Shown here: positions 50,472 through 64,000 of the stretch, piece after piece
Layout: the number at the start of each line of letters is the position of its first letter
How positions within the stretch are numbered: position 1 is the first letter of the stretch
DNA from: Octopus vulgaris
Taxonomy: Eukaryota
Reading direction: 5' to 3'
Assembly (NCBI GenBank): GCA_951406725.2
Contig: OX597831.1
Coordinates: 24,366,001 to 24,430,000, forward strand
DNA: 64,000 bases
Program-made: the position numbers and the translations under genes
Notes under the pieces: model-generated
Databases searched by the model: none
What the model was told of the DNA's origin: nothing
Seen by the model: only the letters and a program-made list of their open reading frames with translations

Positions 50472-53035
50472 TTAGGTTTCTTTCTGTAACACAGGGGCCC
50501 CAGCCGGTGGTTCCTGACCCTCTGGGGGATCATGAAGCCAAGGCTGCAGGGTCGCTTAGCCTTGCTAGTAGTAGCTTGGAATAATATTAATTGATTAAAA
50601 TATAAATCAAGCTGCTGATAGTAGAGGGTCACGTGGGTTTCAAGCTTTTGAATAAGGGGTCACGAAAGAAAAAAACGTTGGGAACTGCTGCTTTGACATT
50701 TTACATAGTTCAAACTATACATGTTAATGCGTGAAAAGCAAATTTGGAATTTAGAAAAAGGTTTCTATCATATAAAACTAGTTTTGAAATACTGAATAGC
50801 TATAGGGGTCTACCAGAATAGAATAGCAATAAAAGGGGTCCATAGATAAAAAATGGTCGAGAACCCTTTTTCTATGCAGTCTTTTATCATATATTGCAAG
50901 CAATGAATCATGTGCATACACAAACAGTGATACGGATTCACATGCATGCATGTAGGCAAATGTACTCATAGTAATATTTCTATGTATTCATATGTTCGAG
51001 CACAATGAGGCAAAGAGAGATTTATAGGTAGAAAAAAAGACATAAAGAATACTAAGAACCAAAATTTCTGTCTTCAATCTAACACATTTCTTTCTCTGAA
51101 TTCTTCACCATTAGCTACTTTTGTAACCGAATCGCTTCCTCAATGCAGTTCCTCATAACTCACACCAACTTTATCAACACCAATACTACTGCTATTGTTG
51201 CTGTTTACTACTACTACTACTACTACTACTGTCGCCACCACCACTACCAGTGGTGGTGGTGGTGGTGGTAGTAGTAGTGGTAGTTGTTGTAGTTTTGTCA
51301 ATTCTTGTTACAACTGAAATCGAAACTACCGTCTTCGGTCTTAGATGATGAGTGTTTGACTAAGTCGGAAGTAAAGAAATATATTTAAGCAAACACTACA
51401 AAACTACTTGATGGAAGATGAAGAAGAAGAAGAAGAAGAAGAAGAAGAAGAAGAAGATGGAGGAGGAGGATAAAAAAATTTAGATTAGCAAATAATATAT
51501 ATATATAAATTTAAAACAAATAAAGAAAAAAAAGGGTATGAGAGGAAGAAGAAGATGATGATGAAGATGAAGAAGAAGAAGCAGAAACATCTCCATATAT
51601 CAATATTGATGGATGGACTATCATCAACTGTGGAATTGAAATGACTGGATGGTTTGTCACTTAAGAGATTCTTGATACCTCAGATATTGTCAAAGTTAAC
51701 ATTGTGATATTTCATAAGAAACCTCTGTGTGCATAAGTGTGTTTATAAGTGTGCGCGTGTACATGTTTTTTTTTTTTACTTTCACTTTTGAGTAAAGCAG
51801 TGGGCAGGGAATAGAGGAGAGGCAAGAATATGAAAAACTGACAAAGTGATGTAAGAAAAAAACAAAACAAAAAAGAACAAAAATAAACATTGCATGAAAA
51901 TGTTGTCAACCTCGTTCTTGTCATCTGCTTAACTTATATCATCATAAGTATCACAATCATCATCATCATCATCATCATCATCGCTATCATTGCCTCATTG
52001 CCTTTGTCATTATAACTCTTATCGCCATCGTCTTCGTCCTAATCATCTTCACCTTTACCATCGCCACCATCTACAGTGTCGCCATCATCACATTTATCAA
52101 TCTAACCACCAGTACCGGCCACCAGCCCACCAACCCACCAGTGCCCACGTAATAGCTGTTATAGGAACAAGGTCCACTTAATTATGATGTCACCTCTATT
52201 GTAATTTCCATCATCAACATTATTGCAAGTACCACCACTGCCATCAATATCATCATACCAAATATAACCATCACATCATCATCATCATCATCATCATAGT
52301 ATTCAACAACAACAATGAATATAAAAATATTAACTCCCCTTCGTTTATTAGTTTTTTTTTCCTCCCCAAATGAAAATAACAGCCAACAAATTCCAATAGA
52401 ATTTTATTTTTTAAAAATTCCTGGATTTTAAATTCTTTCTGAACTTTTCCTATATTTTCCTTCACTGTCATCAATTTTTCTTTTCTTTTTTTTAAATAAA
52501 TCACCTCCTTCATCCATCTACCCAACTTCCAGAGTGCCTCCTCTTCACTAATCATCAGTTACTACTTCTGTTTAGAAATGACGTAAGCTGCCTCCTTTCA
52601 TAATGTCCCAAGGGCTTTCTGGATGTCAGTTTATTGATATTGGTGTGTTAAGAAAAAAATATAAACGATAAATAAATAAATAAATAAGTAATAATAATAA
52701 AAACATAAAAATAGGTAATAATAATAATAGAAATAAAAAAACTGAATAGTTGTGAAAAAATGGAAAGTTTATAAATGTTTAGTAACATCTTAGTATGTTG
52801 TTCTAATATATCTCACTTACTCTTTCTCTTTTACTTGTTTCAGTCATTTGACTGTGGCCATGCTGGAGCACCGTCTTTAGTCGAGCAAATCGACCCCAGG
52901 ACTTATTCTCTGGAAGCCTAGTACTTATTCTATCGGTCTCTTTTGCCAAACGAACCACTAAGTTACGGGGGTGCAAACACACCACCATCGGTTGTCAAGC
53001 GATGTTGGTGGGGACAAACACAGACACACAAACAT

Positions 53036-53066
<31 letters not shown>

Positions 53067-53480
53067 CATATATACGACGGGCTTCTTTCAGTTTCTGTCT
53101 ACCAAATCCACTCACAAGGCTTTGGTCGGCCCGAGGCTATAGTAGAAGACACTTGCCCAAGGTGCCATGCAGTGGGACTGAACCCGGAACCATGTGGTTG
53201 GTAAGCAAGCTACTTACCACACAGCCACTCTTGTGCCTAGCAAATATCCTAGTAAAAATATTACTACTATATTTTGTAATAGTGACATGAAATTTATAAT
53301 GTGTAATTGATAAACTATTAATATCTTTTACTTTTAATTTTTATACATGTTTTAGTTATTAAACTACAACCATGCTGCCTAATATTATATTGTGTAGTAA
53401 ATAGATTATATTATGAAGTAAATGTGCATAGTTCATCATGGGCATATTTCTTACAAGTACAATTTTGCTAATCTAATACC

Positions 53481-53712
53481 TATTTCTTTACTACTCACAA
53501 GGGGCTAAACATAGATTGGACAAACAAGGACAGATAAATGGATTAAATTGATTATATCGACCCCAGTGCATAACTGGTACTTATTTAATCGACCCCAAAA
53601 GGATGAAAGGCAAAGTCGACCTCGGCGGAATTTGAACTCAGAACGTAATGGCAGACGAAATACTGCTAAGCATTTCGCCCGATGTGCTAACGTTTCTGCC
53701 AGCTTGCTGCCG
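53481..53712 (-). mobile_element. SINE A with 18-bp TSD
   Basis: TTTTGCTAATCTAATACC at 53463-53480 and 53713-53730. Confidence 0.92.
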
Positions 53713-54039
53713 TTTTGCTAATCTAATACCATTAAGAGATTAATAGTGCCAGATTATGTATTGAAACCGTGTCTTAAAAATCTACAAAATCAAGTTTTAA
53801 CCAGGTCAACAAATGTATTTTTCCACAGCTTCAAAATCTGTCGGCTTCTTTTTTACTGTACATATTGTGTCTACAAATGCCATGTATTTTAAAGTTCCTG
53901 AGCCGACCAACTACAAAACATTCACTTTCCTGCAATATCCATATCTTCCTGTAAATGCTTAGAATTTTCCTTGACCATTGGCATTGAATCTAGTATATTT
54001 TCAGATCACATTGCAGTAAACATCTTAAATAACACTATA

Positions 54040-54236
54040 AAGGGGTGCTGAAAAATTTCTGGCTTTGGGTAAAAGGAAATACAGGACAATCAATTAATTA
54101 TGATTTTATTAAACATACTCTCCTGCAGTGGTCCTTCAGTTTTTCTCAGCCCTGTAAAAGAACTCTGATGGTTGGGCCTCCAAGCAGGCCTTTCACTATA
54201 CACTTAAAGCCAGGAACTTTTCAGCACTTTCTTGTA
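54040..54236. mobile_element. mariner-type MITE
   Basis: GTGCTGAAAAATTTCTGGCTTT / AAAGCCAGGAACTTTTCAGCAC inverted termini, TA flanks. Confidence 0.7.
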
Positions 54237-56544
54237 TATCCAGCTCTGTAAATTCTTTTTTTAAAAGATGCTTGCTGTGCATCAATACTTTCACCTGTTC
54301 CCAAATCAGCCATAAACTGCATCAACTTGTCGTTTTTGAGTTTTAATGTTCTAAATTGTTGCAGAACCTATGTTTCTTTAATGCATAATAGCATTCCTTT
54401 TTTTTCTTTTTTTTTTTTTTTTTTTTTTGGCAGACACTGTATTATTTCAATTTCCTGGTAGCTAGAATAACATTCTGATTTTAAAAAAAAAAAAATTTTT
54501 TTCCCATACTTTTCCCAAAATGGTTGTTACTCTTAGTAACCTTGGAAGACATTTTCACTGATGCAGGGACAGTGTATAACTAAACTGTTATTTCTAACTT
54601 GAATGTAAACAATGACGGGTAATGTTGACACCAAGTGACAGCATTTCGGTAAAAAAGTGAAGTGCATGAGAAAAGTACTTACAAATTGTGTCTAATGGAT
54701 ACCAAATTAAAGAAACTTTACAATACGGTAAATGATTTAAGTGCTATATTGTATAGTGAATATATACTATATTGTGCGGTAAATATTTTATTATCATCAA
54801 ATTTTGTAGTAAATACTCAGATATTCTATGATAAATATATTGTTATAGCAGGTATCACATTGGTGTATATTGGTTAGAGGCTGTACCTGGTATATATTGT
54901 GTAAGTGTGGTATCAATGTGGGAGGCTTGTTCCTGGTTGTATGGTTGATCTATGCTTTCTAAATATGATGTTAGCCACCAGAGATTGTAACGTGTATAGC
55001 TGCACAAATGATTATCATTATGTCTTTGTAAGGTACATTTTGATGAATAGATATTCTTTATAAATAACTAAATTAAACATGAAATACGACCCCCTACACA
55101 GAACTATTTTGTCTTTTATTCAAATTCTTGTAACAAACCGTTGGTATTACATTTAAACGAGTGAAGATAAAAAAAAAAAGAAAGGAAGACATGTTGATTG
55201 TCGCTTTTATAACCAGTGACAGTGCAAGGCAAATTGTTTATTTGTAACAATATGCCAAAGCTGTCAAGTCATCCCTTCTTTTGTGTAATCCCATAAGGTC
55301 CTTACTAATCATTCTATTTGATCCATTTTCCCTAACCAGGGAGAATGGATTCAGTAAAATTACAATAACAACAACAACTACTTAGGAAAAATTCAAGCTG
55401 TATATCAGCTATATTAAATCCACCAGATTGAAGGACCTTCAAAAGTTATAGGAACACTATCTTTATTTGGATTGAATTTATGAAAAAGATAATTGCATGT
55501 TGTATTTTAACATTCATTTTCTTTCATTTTTTTTTTTCTAGAATTCAATTACTTGTTCAGTTACTATTTAGCCCTAGGCTCATCTTAGATGAGCTGACCT
55601 ATACCCTAAGCTTTTCCCAACTTTGACCAAGCTTATGTAGTTAATTTAAAACAACATTATTCACTGAATTTTATCTTTTTACAAGACAGTGTAAAGAGGA
55701 TTTAAGTGTGATTTGGCTGCTATATTTAGCAGGCTGTGCACTAGGTTTTACTTCAGGCAGTGATGATCGATATACATAATAATGACTGTTGATGATGATG
55801 ATGATGATGACGCCTAAAGGCAACAGAAACAATGATGACTCGTTTTCAACCTTGGCTAATATGTCAGTGTGCCTTAGGAAATATTCTAGAGAAATGTCTG
55901 CTATCTGCGGTTTCTTACGGCTTGGTGATTCTAAATCTCATAGAATTATGTCGTCTCAGCAACAAGGCGACAACTCTTTCAATGAATATTGACTCACAAC
56001 CCTACAACACTGTAATCCAATACCTTATCCACTCTGCCACCAAAGACTCCATTTGTAAAAGAAAATCCTAATGAAAGAACCGTTTCTAATCTCCTGTTTT
56101 GAACAAGCCATTTATCACTTTAAAGTATGATTTTCTCTTCCCAAGTGTGCTTTTAACCATATTTCTACATTAACTAAATTTACTATCCCATAAGGTGGTG
56201 GTCATTGAAAAAGCACTTTATGGATTGACATTTCAGGCTTATAATTGCCATCATTCTCTTGCACACTTAGCTACATATAAACAAGATGCACAGACTAAGT
56301 AAAATTTCAGATGTAATCACAATGTGACACATAGGTTATTAATCACTTTAGCTAGCGATCTTCCTGAAGTTAGCTGTCACTCAGAAAAAAACAGTTAATT
56401 TTTAAACTCTGTGGGAATGGAAAGTAATTTTTGTATAAGACACTGGTTGCTTATGTAGATCTGGTGAGAGCTGAGGTGGAGGTGGTAGTGCTAGACTTGT
56501 GGCAAAGGTAAATTGTGTGCATGGTTTGGTTTCTCTTTCTTATG

Positions 56545-56609
<65 letters not shown>

Positions 56610-56653
56610 ATGTAAAAATACAGGACATCTGACTCGCTAGAAAGAGTAGTTAG

Positions 56654-56699
<46 letters not shown>

Positions 56700-56909
56700 C
56701 TATATGTATGTGTACATCTATATGTATATATATATATGTGTGTTTGTATATATATATATGTGTGTGTATGTGTATACGTGTGTGTGTACGTGTATGTGTC
56801 GGTGTATATGTATGTGTGTATATAAATATGTGTATATATATGTGTGTGTGTGTGTATGCATGTATGTATGTATGTGTGTGTGTGTGTGTTTGTGTATATG
56901 TATATATGA

Positions 56910-57260
56910 AGGGACATGGCTTAATGGTTAGAGCATCAGACTTACCATCATGATATTGTGATGTTGTGAGTTTGTGAGTTTGATCCCCAGACCAAGCTGC
57001 ATGTTGTATTCTTGAGCAAGACACTTTATTTCATGTTGCTTCAATTCACTCATCTGTAGAAATGAGTTGTGACGTCACTGGTGCCAAACTGTTGCAGCCC
57101 GTTTGCCTTTCCCTTGGATAATATTGGTGGCAAGGAGAGAAGAGTGGAGAGAGGCTGGCATGCCCAACTGTTGTTCTTCTACAAACAACTTTGTCCAGAC
57201 TTGTGCCTTGGAGGGGAACTTTTTTGGTGCAATCTCATGGTCATTCATGACCAAAAGGGC
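56910..57260 (+). mobile_element. Decayed tRNA-derived SINE (C-like head, different tail)
   Basis: TGGCTTAATGGTTAG A-box and TTCTTGAGCAAGACACTTTATTTC core. Confidence 0.7.
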
Positions 57261-57292
57261 TCTCTCTCTCTCTCTCTCTCTCTCTGTATATA

Positions 57293-57323
<31 letters not shown>

Positions 57324-57704
57324 TAAATTAGAGATAAAACCACTATTAGGCAAATCAAACAGTGAAAAACATAAACCAAAACATAGAAATAAAATTAATT
57401 GGTGTTACTTTTTATCTTATATTAAACTTTTTAATACTTTTTGATAGTTATATATATGATGGTGTGTTTACGTTCCCGAAACTTAGTGGTTCAGCAAAAG
57501 AGATTGATAGAATAAGTACTAGGCTTACAAAGAGTAAGTACTGGGGTTGATTTGCTCGACTTAAGGTGGTGCTCCAGCATGGCCACAGTCAAATGGCTGA
57601 AACAAATAAAAGAGTAAATGAGTAAAGAGTGAGAGTCATCTCACACAGAAGGAAAGAAAGAAAGAAACAGATGGGGAGAGAGTGAGGGAGTGGGTATGTA
57701 TGTA

Positions 57705-58288
57705 GCTTGCAAAGCTTGACCTTCGAACTTTAGGTCTCACCGAGGAAATTACTAGAGACTGAGACCTTTGGAAGTATGCTGTGTGTGAGAAGACCTGGCA
57801 GGACAAGTGAGGCCATAATCCTGTGGCCTCTACATGGGATGTAGCCAGCCCACTTATGCATCCCTTTCCTTCTTGGGACACAAAACTCCACTTGTGAAGA
57901 CCTGTTGAGGCAAGTGAAAACCAAAATCAAAATCGTAATTGATCAACATCAATGGAATTTGTAGCTGTGATACAAGTGCCGGTGGCACGTAAGAGAACCG
58001 TCCGAACATGGCCGTAGCCAATGCCACTCTGACTGGCCTCCATGCCAGTAGCACGTAAAAAGCACCATCCGATTGTGGTCGTTTGCCAGCCTCGTCTGGC
58101 ACGTAAAAAGCACCCACTACACTCACGGAGTGGTTGGTGTTAGGAAGGGCATCCAGCTGTAGAAACACTGCCAGATCAGACTGGAGCCTGGTGCAGCCTT
58201 CTGGCTTCCCAGACCTCATTTGAACCGTCCAACCCATGCTAGCATGGAAAGCGGACATTAAACGATGATGATGATGATGATGATGATG
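57705..58288 (+). mobile_element. RTE-like LINE 3' end with complete modular 3' UTR
   Basis: LDLRTLGLTEEITRD*DLWKYAV peptide continuous with hairpin modules and (GAT)n tail. Confidence 0.8.
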
Positions 58289-60273
58289 TAATGAAACGAG
58301 TTTTGCTATTGCTAATTTGCATAACAGTATACTTGAGGCTAAATGTATGTTTATTAAACATTGTCACAGGAGTGGCTGTGTGGTAAATAGCTTGTTTAGC
58401 AACCACATGGTTCTGGGTTCAGTCCCACTATATGGCACCTTGAGCAAGTGTCTTCTGCTATAGCCTTGAGCCAAACAAAGCCTTGTGAGTGGATTTGGTA
58501 GACGGAAACTAGAGATAAGTGACATCAGAGTAAGAGATAGATAACCCCAGAGATGCAGATCAATCCAGAGATGGAAGATGGGAAAGATTAAAGATGTCTT
58601 GGCCAAATGCATGTGCAAAGAAGATGATACTTATTTCAGAAATGAAAAGATAAAGGATAAAGACATATAGCATGGAGAAATCGTGATTTATGTGAGTCAT
58701 AAATCCCGCCTCTAATGGAACAAAGGTCTAGCTGAACAAATGTAACATGGTGATAAAATATTGTTGTAGAGAGTGCCATAAAATCTAAGACTCATGATGG
58801 AAAGAATAGCAAGGAAGAAGATCAGGGACACCTGGGATGGAGAGTCATTGAAGAGGTCACAGGACGTGTGATGAAAGATTTCCAGAAAAAGGCCACTAAA
58901 ATAAAAGCAATAATGAATCTGTAATGAAGAATGTATGGCAAAAAAACAAAAAACAATAACATGACCATCCCCAAATATAACAATATCTGTTTCAGCACAT
59001 GATTTCAAATCAGGAATCTTGCAAAACATAAACATGTGTGTATGTGTGTGTGTGTGTGTGTGTTTATACAGGGAGAGAGAGACAGAGATGCATGTATATA
59101 TGCATATGTAGAGCAATTAATTTCCCTGTTACTCTTTTACTTGTTTCAGTCATTTGACTGTGGCCATGCTGGAGCACTGACTATGGTTGAGCAAATCAAC
59201 CCCTGGACTTATTCTTTGTAAGACTAGTACTTATTCTATCAGTTTCTTTTGCCAAACCGCTAAGTTACGGAGTCGTAAACACACCAGCCACGGTTGTCAA
59301 GCGATGTTGGGGGGACAAACACAGACGCACAAAACATATACACACACTTACATACATATATATATGTATATATATTTATATATATGTGTGTGTGTATATA
59401 TATAAATACATACGATGGGTTTTTTTCAGTTTCCATCTACCAAATCCATGTGGTGGATACATATATACATACCAAATCCATGTGGTAGATATATATATAT
59501 ATATATATATACATGTGGTAGATATATATATACATACCAAATCCATGTGGTAGATATATATATACATACGATGGGCTTCTTTCAGTTTCCATCTACCAAA
59601 TCCATGTGGTTGGTAAGCAAGCTGCTTACCACATAGCCACTCCTATGCCTGTTGGTAAATATATTTATGAGACTTCATCATTAGACACTTCTGTATAATA
59701 TGACACTTTTGATTAGACAAAGTAAATTGTTATTGATTCTTCTGAAGACTTTTGTGGCAACAAGGTGCTTTAAAAGCATGGGATAGGAGGAGAATGGTTA
59801 GTGGCATGACCTGACCGTATCATGTATTAGGAAGATCTTTTGCAGCTAGTCATAATATCATAATGTAAGTTTAGAAATAACTTTTAAGCTGGAGAGAAAT
59901 GAAAATACACCTTATCTAAAATTAATATCTCCCCAGATATTATAATTTTAGTTCTTTTTCGTAATTTTTTATTTCATACTCATTGAATTATATTTTGCGA
60001 AATTGGAAACCAAAATAAATTGGAGCAAAAAGAAGAAACTAAAAAGCATAAAAATAATTATAAAATAAAGAAGAAAAAAAAGCGTTGTTGATTCCATTTG
60101 AGTATTATTAGCATTCAATTTACAACTGATTGTCTTTATGTTAGATGATAATTGCAACCAAACAAACACCTAGTAGTGTAGAAGTCAGTGCTTTATTACA
60201 CTTACCTATGATGTATTATGTTTATGGTCAAAACATTTATCTCTAACCAGTGTTGTTTAAGTTACTGCAAATT

Positions 60274-60610
60274 CATCATCATCATCGTTTAACGTCCGCT
60301 TTCCATGCTAGCATGGGTTGGACAATTTGACTGAGGACTGGCAAACCAGTTGGCTGCACCAGGCTCGAATCTTGATTTGGCAATGTTTCTACAGCTGGAT
60401 GCCCTTCCTAATGCCAACCACTCCGAGAGTATAGTGGGTGATTTTACGTGCCATCGGCACAAGGGCCAGTCAGGCGGTACTGGCAACGGCCACAAAAAAT
60501 TTGAGTTTTTTGGGGTTTTTTTACATGTCACCTGCACACTAGCACAAGTGCCAGTAAGACGATGCTGGTAACGATCGTGCTCGAATGGTGCTTTTTACGT
60601 GCCACTGGCA
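60274..60610 (-). mobile_element. RTE-related 3' end element
   Basis: Same terminus and modules as 6631-7260. Confidence 0.8.
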
Positions 60611-60792
60611 TGAACACCATTGATTGTAGATATTATTACATCAAGTGTATATTGTTGTTTAATCTCGGATCAGCCTTAATCCACCAGAGCTATATGATCA
60701 AACATGTCTCATCCTTTACTATCTGGTAATTTTCTTTTTGGGGCATTGTGTATCTAGAACTATATTACTTGATGTATTTTTTCATCTTTTAA

Positions 60793-61017
60793 CCATTTAG
60801 CATTTAAACTGGCTATATCCGGTGAAAATAATTTACCTGCTTTATCTTCAAAATGGCCAGATATGGCTTCTCGCACTTTCTTCACAATATTATTCTAAAA
60901 TTAGACAATCACATCATTGAAATCTCAAGGCTACAAACTCGTGCATGACTGATTCATATCAATGGGTATAAATAAGCATTACATTTGATTTGAAAGAGAA
61001 ATCAGAATGATAAAAGG
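60793..61017. mobile_element. piggyBac-type MITE (reverse copy of 2338-2556)
   Basis: TTAA flanks and internal similarity. Confidence 0.7.
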
Positions 61018-61701
61018 TTAAAGACAATAGGGTGTAATTTATCTGCTATTTCCAGCATATTTCATGACCACATAAACGCTTTCATTTTCCTTGCTGTTGA
61101 TAGTGTGAATATAGTTTCTTTTGCACCAGGTTAGCAGATGAGGTCATGCAGAATTGATTTGATCTATCTAATGTATCGTTTATGCATCATCGTTGTTATT
61201 CCATTCTGTTGGCCTAATGTGGTACCTACAATTACTTTGTGTATTTGTGCATCTGTGCATTGTTTCGCTTTCTTTGCAAGTTCTTTTATATTGTGTTTTG
61301 AATGTTGCTGATGTTTTTATACACAGCTTTTATTATTTTTGTCTTCTGTTAGCAGTTTCATCACTATTGTTTGAGTGTGAGGGTCTGTTGTATTTGATGT
61401 TGAATAGTGTTTTTTTTTCAGGTAAGAAAGAAGACTGTAGATTTAGCTGGTGCTACTGTAAACAGTATCATTGTGGAGCTATGTTACCAGATGATTTGAA
61501 GAGGACTGAAGTAGTTCTATTGTAAATAGGTAAAGACAGATTTGTTGAACGAGTAAGGTATATGAGTCCCTGCTCACAGTTTCATAGTTCAAATCTGTTG
61601 TGTGAGCGTTTGGTTTGGTTTGGTTTCTGATTGATATACTTTATTCTCCAATGTTTTAGTTTACAAGGCTGCTGGAAACAGTAACCAAATCCTCTATCAG
61701 T

Positions 61702-61945
61702 TAGGTGGCGAGCTGGCAGAAACGTTAGCACGCCGGGCGAAATGCGTAGCTGTATTTCGTCTGTCGTTACGTTCTGAGTTCAAATTCCGCCGAGGTCGAC
61801 TTTGCCTTTCATCCTTTCGGGGTCGATAAATTAAGTACCAGTTACGTACTGGGGTCGATGTAATCGACTTAATCCCTTTGTCTGTCCTTGTTTGTCCCCT
61901 TTATGTTTAGCCCCTTGTGGGTAGTAAAGAAATAAATTAAAAAAC
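61702..61945 (+). mobile_element. Young full-length SINE A with 11-bp TSD
   Basis: CCTCTATCAGT on both flanks; CpGs intact. Confidence 0.92.
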
Positions 61946-63526
61946 CCTCTATCAGTAATTTCTTTTGGTAGATCGGTGTTCTACCCAAAAGGAGATTTAT
62001 TTATCATCCATGACATGGTAACAAAAGAGCAGTTTTTCAAAATCCCATCAAGGCCTCAGGAACATTTTGCTATTCATATTTTAATTCAGAAATTATATAG
62101 ATATGCTGTTTACAATGTAAGAATCAAGCTGACACAATGTGTGTTTTTAACTTACAACATGGGACTCAAACTTTACAAAATGTACAGTTTGAAGTAGATT
62201 CATCCTGAAATCAGGAGGGTTAGCAGGCGATGAAGGAAAAACAAAAATCTGTCAATTAGATATATTATACTCGCATGATAGATATAAATATTAATTTGTT
62301 GGATTTCCATATATACACATGCTCTTCCCATACACATATATAATTTTATTGACGCCCAGAATGTAAAATAACTAATGAAGGTCTCTGTTGGCAAAAATTA
62401 GTGCAAAGAGAGTTTATGGAGTTTTGATAAATTGAATTGCTATGCATTTGTTTCTTCTACATGTAAGTTATAATTCATAAGGCTCTGCTTTTATACTGCT
62501 GTCAAATATCTATTTTCTTAGAGAAATCTCAAGAGATAGTAAAAAAAGCAAAAGCCAAAAAGAACTTATATTCCAAAATTATAGATCTCCTTTCTTAAGC
62601 ATGTTGGCTTCTTCTTCCTTATTATTGGTTTGCAGGGTTTGGTGTGTGATTAAGAGATTTTCTTTACAACCATCTGATACTGGGTTTCATCCCTATTTAT
62701 GACACATTAGGAAAGCATAATTTACTATAGCCTTACTCAAGAGTAGAATTTGCAAGAAAGAAACTTTATGGAAGCCCATGTATATATATATATATGTGTG
62801 TGTGTGTGTAGGTGGAGGCATGGCTGTGTGGTAAGAATTTTGCTTCCCAACCACATTGTTCTGGGTTCAGTTCCACTATATGGCACCTTGGGCAAGTGTC
62901 TTTTGTTATAGACTTGGGTGAATCAAAGCTTTGTGAATGGATTTGGTAGACAGAAACTGAAAAGAAGCCCATTGTGTATGTATATATATATATATATATA
63001 TATAGATAGATAGATAGATAGATAGATATGTGTGTGTTTTTGTGTCTGTGTTGTCCCCCTTGGCAACCGATGTTGGTGTGTTTATGTCCCTGTAACTTAG
63101 CACTTCAGCAAAAGTAACTTTTACTGATATATTATCAGTAAAGGATTCAAATAATGCAAAAAAAAAAAAATGATAAAGAATCAACAACAAAAACTGAGGT
63201 TTTATGAATGAATTTCCCTTGAACTTTTGTTCTGTAGCAAGTTATAGTCACTTTTTTCCTACTGTCACCATCAAAAAGAAAGTGAAGTAGTGATTGACCG
63301 ATTAGAAACTTGTAACTAACTGTAATGCTGTTCACAAATTAGTGTAAAGTTTGCAGTAAATTAAAGCACTGTACACCAAGAAAGAAGTTTGTATGTATCT
63401 GGTTTTGATATTTGTCTTTTGCTATAAACTCGGGTCAATCATAGCTTTGTGAATGGATTTGGTAGACAGAAACTGAAAAAAAAACCATTGTGCATGTGTG
63501 TGTATATATATATATATATATATACT

Positions 63527-63730
63527 ACTGGAGTAAGCACATAAATGTGAAACAAGGTGGAAAAAAGAGTACTCAAATACCAGAGGTAGAGTAATATGCT
63601 TTATTTAAAAGTAGCAGAAATATAACAAAAGCTGTTACTCAGAGTTTTGTTTAACAAAACTGTCCGACAAACGGGAACATGAAACTCCGAGTAACAGCTT
63701 TTGTTATATTTCTGCTGCTTTTAAATAAAG
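63527..63730. mobile_element. Penelope-like inverted pseudo-LTR relic with decayed hammerhead
   Basis: 49-bp inverted arms 63599-63647 / 63682-63730; CTGT-CCGACAA-ACG ggaa CAT-GAAA-CTCCGAG-TA-ACAG. Confidence 0.7.
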
Positions 63731-64000
63731 TATATATATGTGTGTGTGTGTGTGTTTGTGTGTTTTTGTGTCTGTGTTGTTCCCCTTGAAATTAAGAAAG
63801 ATCTCTTAGAATTCTGTGATATAACTTGACATCAGTGAATGCCTCAACAATATATGATATCTATCTTAACTTCGTTGATATCAAGTTATACCATGTAATT
63901 CTATTTCCTTCTGCTTTTCACAATAAGAAATTAAATCAAGCTTTATTTCTTCTAAATCATTAACCCAAGAACTGTGACTTCTTTTGAATTCCTTTCCTGC

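Noticed and set aside
51542-51664. Acidic peptide EEEEDDDEDEEEEAETSPYINIDGW
   Set aside because: In-frame stop immediately upstream, no acceptor; derived from GAA/GAT repeats

Overview
AT-rich, repeat-dominated eukaryotic DNA. Its tRNA-derived SINE families and very long (TA)n, (ATCT)n and (GAT)n tracts look like an octopus (coleoid cephalopod) genome; this is pattern recognition, not a database result. No intact host protein-coding gene is recognisable, and most ORFs in the track are microsatellite or SINE artefacts. Supported content: many SINEs (several with exact TSDs); LINE fragments (CR1, RTE, and a Hero-like RT joined by microhomology to a Tx1/L1-like EN-RT); mariner and maT transposase relics; hAT and piggyBac-type MITEs; non-autonomous Helitrons; and Penelope-like relics with inverted pseudo-LTRs carrying minimal hammerhead ribozyme folds, including the compensatory U3:A8 core. 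The most interesting unexplained structure is a CpG-retaining ~20-35 kb block of closely packed, decayed, intron-containing reading frames on both strands, one of which re-opens when a SINE is excised (possible fossil virus or giant mobile element). The second is a textbook recursive-splice-site plus short-exon architecture at 44905-44973. Many repeat boundaries are approximate.
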